In this document: positions 41,270 to 50,820 of the stretch, in pieces | Position numbering within the stretch: the first letter of the stretch is position 1 | Layout: every line of letters starts with the position of its first letter | Source of the DNA: an uncultured Bacteroidota bacterium | GTDB taxonomy: Bacteria; Bacteroidota; Ignavibacteria; UBA10030; UBA6906 | Length of the DNA stretch: 64,000 nt | Direction of reading: 5' to 3' | NCBI GenBank assembly: GCA_963700635.1 | Contig: CAVOYH010000004.1 | Location: 128,001-192,000, forward strand | Notes under the pieces: generated by a model | Seen by the model: only the letters and a program-made list of their open reading frames with translations | Told to the model about the DNA's origin: nothing | Database searches by the model: none | Program-made: the position numbers and the translations under genes

Positions 41270-43105
41270 ATGAAACTCCTGATTCTCGGGCTTGTTGCCC
41301 TGACGGTGATCGGGGTCTTTGTCTGGCTCTTCCGGAAGAAGAACCTGCTCGCGTATTTCAGCGCCGGACGATGGTGGTTGACCTGGTTGTCCATCGCCGT
41401 GATCACCCTGATGGATGAGCTCACGTCGATCTTCTACGCGCCGAGCGAGGCCTTCCGTTTTATCGGGTCGCACGCAATCCCGTTTATTGCCATCACGTCA
41501 CTCCTCATGCGTTTTCTCTCTACCCGCATGGTGGAGATCGCGGAGATCCTCGAGCATCACAATATCAGAGGCGGAGGGGTGTATTCCTTTTCGTATCTGA
41601 CGCTCGGGCCCACCTTTTCGTTCATCGCTGTGGCGTCCATCATGGTGGACTACGTGCTGACCGCATGTATCTCTGCGGTCAGCGCCGTAGAAAACGGTCT
41701 CACGTTTATGGCGCTGAGTCCCACCCTCAAGCTGCTTATACAGTTTGCCGTGGTCTGGGGCATCGCCGGGCTTAATGTTCTGGGCATCAAGGATAACGCC
41801 CGGTTCACGTTCGGGGTGTTCTTTATTGTCGTGCTCGTGCTCGTGATCCTGCTTGCCTCAGCCCTCTTCGAGGCTCCCGCGTCGTCCTGGGCGGCAATCG
41901 GAAACAGCTACGAGGGAGCTGTGGAGCATGTCGCGGACAAAGGGTTCTTTGGAGGATATGCTTTCCTGATTATCTGCATATCCAGTTGTATTCTCGCCTA
42001 CTCGGGTATCGAGTCGGTGGTGCAGACTGCCGGACTCACAAAAAGCTGGCGTGACACCGGCCGGGCGTACATCTTTCTCGCGTTGACGACCGGTATCTTT
42101 ACCCCGATTCTGTCGGCTCTTGTTCTCAGTTCCGGATTAAATCCCGCGGAGCACGAAACCGACCTCATCACCCAGTTTGCCGCCTCCCTGAACGGCGTTT
42201 CATTCGGATTCGTGGTCGGCGGAATTGCCAGCGTCGCATTGATTATGGCAGTCAATACGGCTTTTGTCGCTTCCAGCGAGCTGATGGAGCGTGTGGCCCA
42301 GCGGTACAACTTCAACTGGATCATCAAACCGAACGCCCGACAGTCCCTGTACCGGGTTCACATCATCAATGCGGTGTTCTACTCTACCATCATTGTTCTG
42401 ACGGAGGGAAGCCAGAAGATCCTTGCGGAGATGTACGCCCTCGGCCTCGTGGCCAGCTTCACGATCAACATGGGCAGCCTGCTGTACTACCGGTATTTCA
42501 CCGGCACAAAGGAAATCAGGGCCTACCATACATCCCGCATAGGAACGGCGGTGCTGTTCGTTATCCTCCTGAGTTGCTTTGTCTATCTGGGAATGAGCAA
42601 ACCTTACGGCATTGCCCTCTGGAGTCTGGTTGCGGGATTTTTCCTGATCGTCGGATTCCGCGTGGCGAAGAAACGTGCCCCCGAAATTGCACATGTTGCA
42701 CAGACCGACAGCCCGATGCAAATGGTGTTTGCCCTGGCCGAGGTTCCCGATGACAGGGTGGATATTTTCTTCAAGCGTCCGCTGGAAGGCGTGGATACCG
42801 CCGATCCTCACGTCGCGTTCGTCACGTTCTATTCTCCCCGACAGGGTATTCCGAACCGGGTGGCGACCAACCATTACCGGTTTGCACAATCAGGTCAATC
42901 GTTGTTTGACAGTATCACCGAACTCCTGTATGTACTAAAATACGAACTCCCGCATAAGCAGATTACGATCCATATTGGCTGGCCGCGTTCTTCGTGGATC
43001 GACCGTCTGGCAATCGGGGTGATGGTGTTCAGCATGATGAAGTTGCCTGACATGTTTCCAGAATTTAACTTTCTGATCGAGTATGCCCCGCGCAAACACG
43101 CCTGA
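41270..43105 (+). CDS. APC-superfamily permease, KimA/YdaO-like K+ transporter candidate
   Basis: DELTSIFY, GGGVY, VDYVLT, AYSGIES and LAEMYA. About 12 TM segments plus a soluble C-terminal domain. Confidence 0.75.
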   Translation: MKLLILGLVALTVIGVFVWLFRKKNLLAYFSAGRWWLTWLSIAVITLMDELTSIFYAPSEAFRFIGSHAIPFIAITSLLMRFLSTRMVEIAEILEHHNIRGGGVYSFSYLTLGPTFSFIAVASIMVDYVLTACISAVSAVENGLTFMALSPTLKLLIQFAVVWGIAGLNVLGIKDNARFTFGVFFIVVLVLVILLASALFEAPASSWAAIGNSYEGAVEHVADKGFFGGYAFLIICISSCILAYSGIESVVQTAGLTKSWRDTGRAYIFLALTTGIFTPILSALVLSSGLNPAEHETDLITQFAASLNGVSFGFVVGGIASVALIMAVNTAFVASSELMERVAQRYNFNWIIKPNARQSLYRVHIINAVFYSTIIVLTEGSQKILAEMYALGLVASFTINMGSLLYYRYFTGTKEIRAYHTSRIGTAVLFVILLSCFVYLGMSKPYGIALWSLVAGFFLIVGFRVAKKRAPEIAHVAQTDSPMQMVFALAEVPDDRVDIFFKRPLEGVDTADPHVAFVTFYSPRQGIPNRVATNHYRFAQSGQSLFDSITELLYVLKYELPHKQITIHIGWPRSSWIDRLAIGVMVFSMMKLPDMFPEFNFLIEYAPRKHA

Positions 43106-43787
43106 CGTAGCAGTGATCATTGCCGCCGGAGGGACAGGCAAACGGATGGGCGGACGTGTGCCCAAGCAGTTCCTGCGGGCTGGAGCACACCCCGTTCTTG
43201 TCACGACCGTAAGAGCCTTTGAGGCGATCCGTTCCGTGCGGGAGATCGTGGTCGTGGTGCCGCGTGGATATGCAGAGTTCACCCACCGGCTCCTGACGCG
43301 TGCGGGGTGTCAGAAGATCGGCACGGTGATCGAAGGGGGCAGGGAAAGGCAGAATTCGGTGAGGGCAGGCCTGGATATGCTCTCCGGCGACCCGGATATC
43401 GTGCTTGTGCACGATGCGGTACGCCCGTTTGTGACAGGAAAGGTCATCCGAAAAGTTATCAAAGAGAGTGCGCGCTTTGGTGCCGCGGTGGTGGGTGTCC
43501 GCGTAAAAGACACCATCAAAAAAGAGGGGAAGCGGGGCTTCTACAGTCAGACCCTTCAACGTCACCTGTTATGGGCGGTCCAGACACCCCAGGGATTCAG
43601 GGTTCCTCTCTTTAAAAGAGCGCACAGAAGGGCACTCCTGGACGGGTTTCTGGGGACTGACGATGCGATGCTTGCCGAACGCCTTGGCATTCCGGTCCGT
43701 ATTGTGGAGGGACTGGACGCAAATGTGAAGATTACGACCCGGGAAGACCTTATTCTGGCCCGCAGGGTGCTCGGGAAGCGGAAATAG
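43083..43787 (+). CDS. ispD: MEP cytidylyltransferase
   Basis: AAGG.G.RM, PKQF, GG.ERQ.SV, HDAVRP, QTPQ, TDD and KITT. Confidence 0.96.
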   Translation: MPRANTPDVAVIIAAGGTGKRMGGRVPKQFLRAGAHPVLVTTVRAFEAIRSVREIVVVVPRGYAEFTHRLLTRAGCQKIGTVIEGGRERQNSVRAGLDMLSGDPDIVLVHDAVRPFVTGKVIRKVIKESARFGAAVVGVRVKDTIKKEGKRGFYSQTLQRHLLWAVQTPQGFRVPLFKRAHRRALLDGFLGTDDAMLAERLGIPVRIVEGLDANVKITTREDLILARRVLGKRK

Positions 43788-43794
43788 GCTACTC

Positions 43795-43823
43795 TTGCAT
43801 ATGGCCACACGGTTCGTTATATT
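43795..43823 (+). promoter_or_regulatory. Sigma70-type promoter of plsY-gpsA
   Basis: TTGCAT-17 nt-TATATT. Confidence 0.6.
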
Positions 43824-43860
43824 TTGACCGACGTGTCCGATCACAACAGCGTAAAAGGTT

Positions 43861-44557
43861 ATGATTCCTATTAGTATTATCGCCATCCTGAGTTACCTCA
43901 TCGGGTCGATCCCCACGAGTATTATTGTGGCTCGCAAAGCCCGGGGGATAGATATCCGGCACTACGGCAGCGGGAACGCCGGCGGGACGAATGTGTTCCG
44001 TGTGCTGGGATGGAAGGCCGGGGTGTTCGTGATCTCTCTGGATATGGCGAAGGGACTGATCGCGACAATGTTTGTGGCGCGGTTGATGGAGGGCGCCGAT
44101 TCCCTTTTCGAATGCCACCCCTTTTGATGATTTTACCGTTGTCCAGATCATTGCGGGTTGTTCTGCGATTCTCGGACACATCTGGACGGTTTTTGCGGGG
44201 TTCAAGGGCGGGAAAGGTATCGCAACGGCCGGCGGCATGCTCATCGGTATTGCGCCTGTTGAAGTCGCAGTTTCGTTCGGCGTGTTTGCCATCGTCTTCC
44301 TGCTCACACACTACGTGTCCCTGGGTTCGCTCAGCGCTGCCGTTGCATTCCCTCTGACGATGTTCTTCCGTGAAAACGTGTTTATGGTCGATGTCCCCGG
44401 CTACGGCACGCTCATCTTCTTCTCAATCGGCATTTCATTATTGATCATTTTTACCCATCGATCCAACATCGTCCGGCTTCTGCGAGGCAATGAGAACAGG
44501 ATCGCTTCGATCCGGCCCTTCCGAAAGAAGGAAGAGCGGACCTCGCACGCCGGCTAA
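43861..44557 (+). CDS. plsY: Glycerol-3-phosphate acyltransferase PlsY, +1 frameshift near 44095
   Basis: YLIGSIP, GSGNAGGTN and D..KG, then in the next frame GH.W..F..FKGGKGIAT, YVSLGS and HRSNI.RL. Confidence 0.93.
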
Positions 44558-44571
44558 CTCCTTCGGCGGAC

Positions 44572-45573
44572 ATGCACATTGCAGTACTAGGCGCAGGGAG
44601 CTGGGGGACCACGCTCGCGATCGTTCTTTCTGAGAATGGCCACACTGTCACGCTCTGGTCGTTTCTCGAAAGAGACGCCCTCCTCATCCGGGAAAGAGGG
44701 GAAAATCCATCGTTCCTGCCCGGCGTGGCTATCCCTCCGGCCATCAAGGTCACCAGTGACGTCCGTGCGGCGGTCGCCGGCGCAGAGCTGATCGTCGCTG
44801 CGGTCCCGGCGCAGCACCTCCGGGGGGTCATGATGCAGCTTCGTGATCTTCCCCTGCAGGGTGTGCCCGTTGTCAATGTGGCAAAGGGCATTGAGATGGG
44901 CACGTTGATGACGATGTCCGAGATGCTCCATGATACGCTCCCGGACCTTGACCCCAGGCATGTCTGTACACTCTCCGGTCCAAGCCACGCGGAAGAAGTA
45001 AGCCGGCATATTCCCACGACAGTGGTTGTCGCATCCACCAGCATAGAAACTGCGCGGACGGTCCAGTCTGCATTTATGCTCCCGTATTTTCGCGTATATG
45101 TCAGCACGGATCTCCGCGGAGTGGAAATCGGGGGCGCTCTGAAAAATGTCATCGCCATCGCGGCGGGAATAATCGACGGAGCAAATCTGGGCGACAACAC
45201 CAAAGCGGCAGTCATGACGCGCGGCATCGCGGAGATCGCCCGTATCGGCGTTGCGCTCGGTGCCCGGATTCAAACCTTCGGCGGACTCTCCGGCATCGGT
45301 GACCTCATGGTTACCTGTATGAGCAGGCACAGCCGCAACCGGTACATCGGCGTTGAGATCGGAAAAGGAAGGTCGCTGCAGGCGATTCAGGCTGGAATGG
45401 TGATGATCGCCGAAGGAGTCGCCACGACCCAGTCAGCGTTTGATCTCGCCCGGAAAGTCGGTGTAGAAGTGCCAATTATCGAACAGGTACACAGAATACT
45501 CTTCGAGGACAAGGATCCGTTAAAAGCGTGCCGGGATTTGATGACAAGGGACCCCAAAGGGGAGGTGTGGTAA
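44572..45573 (+). CDS. gpsA: NAD(P)H-dependent glycerol-3-phosphate dehydrogenase
   Basis: GAGSWGT, KGIE, SGPSHA, GALKNV, GDL..TC...SRN. Confidence 0.96.
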   Translation: MHIAVLGAGSWGTTLAIVLSENGHTVTLWSFLERDALLIRERGENPSFLPGVAIPPAIKVTSDVRAAVAGAELIVAAVPAQHLRGVMMQLRDLPLQGVPVVNVAKGIEMGTLMTMSEMLHDTLPDLDPRHVCTLSGPSHAEEVSRHIPTTVVVASTSIETARTVQSAFMLPYFRVYVSTDLRGVEIGGALKNVIAIAAGIIDGANLGDNTKAAVMTRGIAEIARIGVALGARIQTFGGLSGIGDLMVTCMSRHSRNRYIGVEIGKGRSLQAIQAGMVMIAEGVATTQSAFDLARKVGVEVPIIEQVHRILFEDKDPLKACRDLMTRDPKGEVW

Positions 45574-45620
45574 TGTAAACGGGAGAATATCAGGAATCAG
45601 TAGGGCAATCAGCTGCCAGG

Positions 45621-45657
45621 AAAAAAAAAGAGAAGAACGACAGTCGTTCTTCTCTTT
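45621..45657 (-). terminator. Intrinsic terminator of hppA (convergent with gpsA)
   Basis: Perfect inverted repeat aaagagaagaacgac-a-gtcgttcttctcttt. The A9 run forms the U-tract on the minus strand. Confidence 0.7.
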
Positions 45658-45718
45658 CCGTTTATGGCATATCGGTCGTGGTGTTACCGCCCGACCGGGC
45701 GCGGTGCCGGTATTCCCG

Positions 45719-47887
45719 TCAGATGAACAGAGGGGCAAGCACCAGGGTAATCGTGCTCAGAAGCTTGACCAGCACGTGGAGCGATGGACCCGCAGTATCC
45801 TTAAACGGGTCGCCGACCGTGTCACCCACCACTGACGCCTTGTGCGGATCGGAACGCTTTCCTCCGTACACGCCGGTTTCGATATACTTCTTTGCGTTAT
45901 CCCACGCCCCGCCGCTGTTGTTGAGGAACAGGGCGACGAGGATACCGACGATTGTTCCGACCATAAGGAAGCCGCCAACCACTTCGGCGCCGGTAGCGCC
46001 CGTGGGCGGAGCCCCTGTGGCATAGTAGAACCACCGGAACACCAACCCCACAGCCACCGGAAGAAGGACCACGAGGAGCCCCGGGGCGATCATTTCCTTG
46101 AGGGCTGATTTTGTCGCGATATCAACACACTGACCATAATCCGGTTTTGAAGTTCCCGCCATGATTCCCGGATTATTCTTAAACTGCTCCCGCACGTTGT
46201 TGATGATTGCCTGTGCCGCTTTACCCACAGCTTTGATCGCGAGAGAGGAGAACAGAAATACGAGAACTGCCCCCAGCATCGCGCCGACAAACACTTCGGG
46301 TTTGTTCAGATTGATGACCGGCTCAAAGGACGGCATATACGCACGGACTTCGTCAATATACGCGCTGAAGAGCAGGAAGGCAGCAAGTGCTGCCGAGCCC
46401 ACCGCATAACCCTTTGTAAGCGCTTTGGTGGTATTTCCGACGGAGTCGAGACGATCGGTCCGGTCGCGGACTTCTTTGGATTGCTGGCTCATCTCCACGA
46501 TGCCGCCTGCATTGTCGGTGATGGGCCCGAAGGTGTCCATGGCGAGGATATAGGCCGCTGTGGACAGCATGCCCATCGTTGCGACTGCGGTGCCGAAGAG
46601 ACCGGCATGCTCGAGTCCGGAACTTGCCCCGAGAAAGTAGGATCCAATGATCGCTGCCGCAATGACGAGTACCGGAATACCGGTGGATTCCATACCGATT
46701 GCGATGCCGCTGATGATATTTGTCGCCGGGCCGGTTTGTGATGATTCAACGATGGACAGCACCGGGCGGTAGCGGTAATCGGTATAGTAGATCGTGATAA
46801 GCACAAACGCGAGCGCTGTCAGGACCCCCACCATCCCGCACAGGAAGAAATTGAAGTAGAATTCGGGACCCAGGAGCCAGCGGGATGCGATGTAGAATCC
46901 GATCATTGCCAGGACGGTGGTCACGTAGTATCCCCGGTTCAGCGCCTTCATCGGATCTTCGGTATCGGTAGTGCGAACGATCAGGATACCGACCATGGAC
47001 GCGATAATACCAAAGGCGCGAGCAACGAGGGGGAAGAGCAGGACCCCGATGAGCGTAAGTTCGTGTTCGGCAAAGAGCGAGGCATTGGCGCGATACAGTC
47101 CGGCCGCAAGAATCATGGCGCCGATATTTTCAGCGGCGGTTGATTCGAACAAATCGGCTCCACGGCCTGCGCAATCCCCGACATTGTCACCCACAAGATC
47201 CGCAATCACGGCGGGGTTCCGGGGATCGTCTTCGGGTATGCCGGCTTCCACTTTTCCCACGAGATCAGCACCCACATCTGCTGCCTTTGTGAAAATACCA
47301 CCTCCCAGCTGTGCGAAGAGGGCGACAAAGCTGGCGCCGAATCCGTATCCCACGATGAGCAGCGGAATTTTTGAGATGTCTTCAGTGACGCCGGAAGCGC
47401 TGACCAAGGCAAAGAGTCCGGCCACACCCAGCAGGCTCAGGGCAACCACAAAGAATCCGGATGCGGCACCCCCGCGAAGGGCAGGCTGGAGCGCGCTGTT
47501 CATGTTCTTCATGGCACCGGCCGCGGTGCGGATGTTGGATCGGATGGCGACCCACATGCCCATGTACCCGGCGGCCACGGAACACGCGGCGCCGAAGACA
47601 AACGAGACGGTCGTCCACAACGCAAGGGCGCCGGGACCTGCGGGATCATGTTCATGATGTGCACGGGCGAATGCATACAGAATATAGATCAGACAGGCCA
47701 GGGCAATGGAGAGATAGATGATGGTGCGATACTGACGGGCAAGGAAGGCTTCTGCACCGGCCTTGATCGCATCCGAGATTTCACGCATCTTCTCGCTGCC
47801 GGTCTCGCGTCGGAGCACATTGCCGATCAGGTATAGTGCGAACAACAGCCCAAGAACACTGATACCGATAATGAGGGTGAGTTCCAT
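45719..47887 (-). CDS. hppA: Membrane-bound pyrophosphatase, K+-independent H+-pumping type
   Basis: DVGADLVGKVE, EDDPRN, GPITDNAGG, GNTTKA (Lys signature) and GDTVGDPFKD. Confidence 0.95.
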   Translation of the reverse strand: MELTLIIGISVLGLLFALYLIGNVLRRETGSEKMREISDAIKAGAEAFLARQYRTIIYLSIALACLIYILYAFARAHHEHDPAGPGALALWTTVSFVFGAACSVAAGYMGMWVAIRSNIRTAAGAMKNMNSALQPALRGGAASGFFVVALSLLGVAGLFALVSASGVTEDISKIPLLIVGYGFGASFVALFAQLGGGIFTKAADVGADLVGKVEAGIPEDDPRNPAVIADLVGDNVGDCAGRGADLFESTAAENIGAMILAAGLYRANASLFAEHELTLIGVLLFPLVARAFGIIASMVGILIVRTTDTEDPMKALNRGYYVTTVLAMIGFYIASRWLLGPEFYFNFFLCGMVGVLTALAFVLITIYYTDYRYRPVLSIVESSQTGPATNIISGIAIGMESTGIPVLVIAAAIIGSYFLGASSGLEHAGLFGTAVATMGMLSTAAYILAMDTFGPITDNAGGIVEMSQQSKEVRDRTDRLDSVGNTTKALTKGYAVGSAALAAFLLFSAYIDEVRAYMPSFEPVINLNKPEVFVGAMLGAVLVFLFSSLAIKAVGKAAQAIINNVREQFKNNPGIMAGTSKPDYGQCVDIATKSALKEMIAPGLLVVLLPVAVGLVFRWFYYATGAPPTGATGAEVVGGFLMVGTIVGILVALFLNNSGGAWDNAKKYIETGVYGGKRSDPHKASVVGDTVGDPFKDTAGPSLHVLVKLLSTITLVLAPLFI

Positions 47888-47897
47888 AACGGAGGGG

Positions 47898-48038
47898 TCA
47901 CTCCTTTCTCTGGTGGTTGGATTGAGTGTGAGAGTCTGACTTTCGTGGCGTGCGCAGCATTTTCAGAAAGAAATAGACGGAGAATCCGGTGACGATCCCC
48001 ATGGTCAGGACCATCATAAGAATGGCCGATAGGTTCAT
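47898..48038 (-). CDS. 46-aa single-TM protein, MetS-like NSS transporter small subunit (absent from the ORF track)
   Basis: MNLSAILMMVLTMGIVTGFSVYFFLKMLRTPRKSDSHTQSNHQRKE*. ATGA overlap with the transporter stop; aagga RBS. Confidence 0.75.
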   Translation of the reverse strand: MNLSAILMMVLTMGIVTGFSVYFFLKMLRTPRKSDSHTQSNHQRKE

Positions 48039-49708
48039 TGGGTGGATTCCTTTGCTGTGACATGTTTGCGTGCCGCAACATAGACCAGAGCGCAGATGCC
48101 GAGGAATACAACGGTCAGCAGGGTCCGCGCAGCATTAACAAGGGCAAGACTTTTTTCCAGATGCGCAAGCACAGCCGGATCGGTTGCCGCTGCGATCTGC
48201 TCGTGCAGGCCCGCATTGAGGAACATCTTGATAAGGGAACCATTGTCAAGTGTCCAGCCCGTTCCGGCAACGAGGCTGTTCCACGCTCCCGGCCAGTCGC
48301 CGCCATGCGGGGAAACCACCGATCCGACGAACACGAAAAGCAGGAACAACGGCGTCACATATTTGATGATGAACATGTACGGGGTGGGGACCTTCATATC
48401 GGCGCCGCTGGTAATTTCCGCCCATCCCTTTTTGATACCAAAGATCCAGGAAAAGACAATCGATTCGGCGAGAGCAAAGAGCACAAGGGAGACTGTTCCG
48501 GCCCAGTAGTCATATTCCGCATGGACGCCATAATTGTAGAAGAAGACGGTGGGAAGGCCCAGGACGAGGACAATGGCGCCGAACGACCAGGCCGATTTCT
48601 GCCGCCCCCAGTTGAACTCATCCTGCATAAATCCCATCCATGGTGTTCCCATAGCCAACGACGAGGTAATCCCGGCGAAAAACAAAAGTCCGAACCAGGC
48701 GATGCCGGCCATCGTTGCAAAAAGAGGTCCCCAGTTTTCAAAGAGGAACGGCATGGTCTGAAAGGCCATGCCAAAACCGGCGTTCTCTTTCACCCAGTCC
48801 AGGCCAAGATACCCTGCGGCAATCGGGATAACAATCGCACTGCCGAGCACGACTTCCATAAACTCGTTCATCCATCCGGCCGACATCGCATTGAGGGCGA
48901 TGTCGTCTTTGGACCTGACGTAGGCGGCATAACAATGGACAGTCCCCATCCCGACGGACAACGTGAAGAAGATCTGGCCGGCAGCAGCAAGCCAGACTTT
49001 AGGATTGGCAAGAGAGTCGAATTGTGGCGTCCACAGGAAACTGAGCCCGGCCCACGCATTGGCATCCGGATGGGCCTCGGTGGCGCCTGAGGTGCCGAGC
49101 GTGACCCCGCGGATAGCCAGGAAGATCCCGAAGAGGACCAGGAGCGGCATCCCGATCTTCGCTGTCTTTTCCACCCCGCCGCTGAGCCCACGCGACAGGA
49201 TCCACGTGTTTAACAGGAGGCAGAGCACATAAAAGATCGGGGCTTCATAGGGAATGCCGGTTGTTGTCGTCGAGATGTCAATGTAGTTGGTGAAAAACAT
49301 TGCCACTTCAGACTGGGACATACCCTCAAACGTACGGCCGATGGAGTGCAGGACGTACGACATGGTCCAGGATTCGATATAACAGTAGTAGGCAGCAACA
49401 GCCAGGTTCGTCCAGATGCCGAACACGCCAAAGTATTTCCAGAATTTCTGACGGGTCATACTTTGCATCATGAACGGTGCGGCGTGATGACCGTGTTTGC
49501 CTCCGAACCGGCCCATTGACCACTCAATCCAGAGCAGAGGGATCCCCATGACGAGAAAGGAGACCAGATAAGGGATAATAAACGCGCCGCCGCCGTTGTT
49601 GATTGCCTGGACCGGGAAGCGGAGGAAGTTGCCAAGCCCTACCGCATTCCCCGCCATTGCGAGGACTAATCCGAGGCGTGAGCCCCAGCGTTCATTAGTG
49701 ATAGACAT
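48035..49708 (-). CDS. Neurotransmitter:sodium symporter (NSS/SNF), LeuT-like
   Basis: RLGLVLAMAGNAVGLGNFLRFP, GGGAF.IPY, AAGQIFFTLS and FFAGITSS. Confidence 0.94.
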   Translation of the reverse strand: MSITNERWGSRLGLVLAMAGNAVGLGNFLRFPVQAINNGGGAFIIPYLVSFLVMGIPLLWIEWSMGRFGGKHGHHAAPFMMQSMTRQKFWKYFGVFGIWTNLAVAAYYCYIESWTMSYVLHSIGRTFEGMSQSEVAMFFTNYIDISTTTTGIPYEAPIFYVLCLLLNTWILSRGLSGGVEKTAKIGMPLLVLFGIFLAIRGVTLGTSGATEAHPDANAWAGLSFLWTPQFDSLANPKVWLAAAGQIFFTLSVGMGTVHCYAAYVRSKDDIALNAMSAGWMNEFMEVVLGSAIVIPIAAGYLGLDWVKENAGFGMAFQTMPFLFENWGPLFATMAGIAWFGLLFFAGITSSLAMGTPWMGFMQDEFNWGRQKSAWSFGAIVLVLGLPTVFFYNYGVHAEYDYWAGTVSLVLFALAESIVFSWIFGIKKGWAEITSGADMKVPTPYMFIIKYVTPLFLLFVFVGSVVSPHGGDWPGAWNSLVAGTGWTLDNGSLIKMFLNAGLHEQIAAATDPAVLAHLEKSLALVNAARTLLTVVFLGICALVYVAARKHVTAKESTQ

Positions 49709-49924
49709 AGTCTTCTCTTACTCCGGTACCCTCTCCGGGAGATCGTCCGGCTACGGACGGCGAGAGGTGATTTTTCACGCGGGATCGTTGCCTGCAGGTG
49801 GACTGCCCGACAACAATCAGAAGCGTGTACTTCGTGAGAGCAATGATGGGTCTGAGCATTACCGTGGTGTGTCGTTCAGCGGGGTTCGGGTGCGTTGATT
49901 CATTTTCTCTACGTTCATGCCGTT

Positions 49925-50578
49925 TTACGGTACGTGTGTAGTGTCCTGCGCATCAACCGGCACCGGAGTACTCTTTCCTTTTTCCGACCGGTGCTGGAGG
50001 TACTTGATGATTATAGGGAGAATAGACAAAAACACGACAACAATGATCACGTATTCGATATGCCGTTCGATGCCCGGGATCACACGCCCGAGAAAGTACC
50101 CTGTGAGCGTCATGCTCGTCACCCACCCGATTCCGCCCGTGATATTAAAGAGAGCGAACCGGCGATACTTCATCTCTGCCACTCCCGCCACAACAGGCGC
50201 GAATGTACGGGCGAAGGGCATAAAACGGGCGATCACAATTGTGATGCCGCCGTATTTATCGTAGAATGCCCTGGTCTTGATGAGGTGATCGCGACGGAAC
50301 CAGCGGGATTGGGGGCGGCTGTAGAGGGTATGACCAGCTTTGAGTCCGATGTAGTAGCCCGTGGCATCACCCGCAATAGCCGCGAAGATCAGGAGAACAT
50401 TGAGGAGCACGATATCCATCTGACCACGCGCGGCAAAAAGTCCCGCGGTGACAAGGAGTGAGTCGCCAGGCAGAAAGAACCCGATCAACAGTCCGGTCTC
50501 GGCAAAGATGATTGCAAAAAGGCCGATGTAACCTCCCCAGATAACAATCTCTTCAAGCGTCGGCAGTTGTTCGAGCAC
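49925..50578 (-). CDS. DedA-family membrane protein
   Basis: FAETGL..GFFLPGDSLL, GD..GY..G and ARF.P..RTFAP.VAG. Confidence 0.93.
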   Translation of the reverse strand: MLEQLPTLEEIVIWGGYIGLFAIIFAETGLLIGFFLPGDSLLVTAGLFAARGQMDIVLLNVLLIFAAIAGDATGYYIGLKAGHTLYSRPQSRWFRRDHLIKTRAFYDKYGGITIVIARFMPFARTFAPVVAGVAEMKYRRFALFNITGGIGWVTSMTLTGYFLGRVIPGIERHIEYVIIVVVFLSILPIIIKYLQHRSEKGKSTPVPVDAQDTTHVP

Positions 50579-50651
50579 ACGTCCTCGGGTTTTTGGCTAT
50601 TGGGACAAGATACAACCTTTGGTGAAAAGACACAACGTCAAAGTAGCCCGC

Positions 50652-50680
50652 TTGCGTGTCGATGAGCACCATCGTATCTT
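50652..50680 (+). promoter_or_regulatory. Sigma70-type promoter upstream of recG
   Basis: TTGCGT-17 nt-TATCTT. A divergent TTGTGT-17-TATCTT serves dedA near 50608-50636. Confidence 0.5.
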
Positions 50681-50820
50681 CTCTGACGGGGGTTCTCCCC
50701 GCAGTTTGTGTTCGTACAAATCTTCCGAGTCTGGGGAACATGCCGGCGCGGGCGTTATGGGCTGTGTTCTGCCGGACGGATATTCACTCTGTACTGGAAA
50801 CGTGTTATGATACGATCCCT

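Noticed and set aside
49709-49924. Riboswitch or leader peptide upstream of the NSS transporter
   Set aside because: No recognisable glycine, lysine, SAM or T-box consensus, and the short ORFs lack support.
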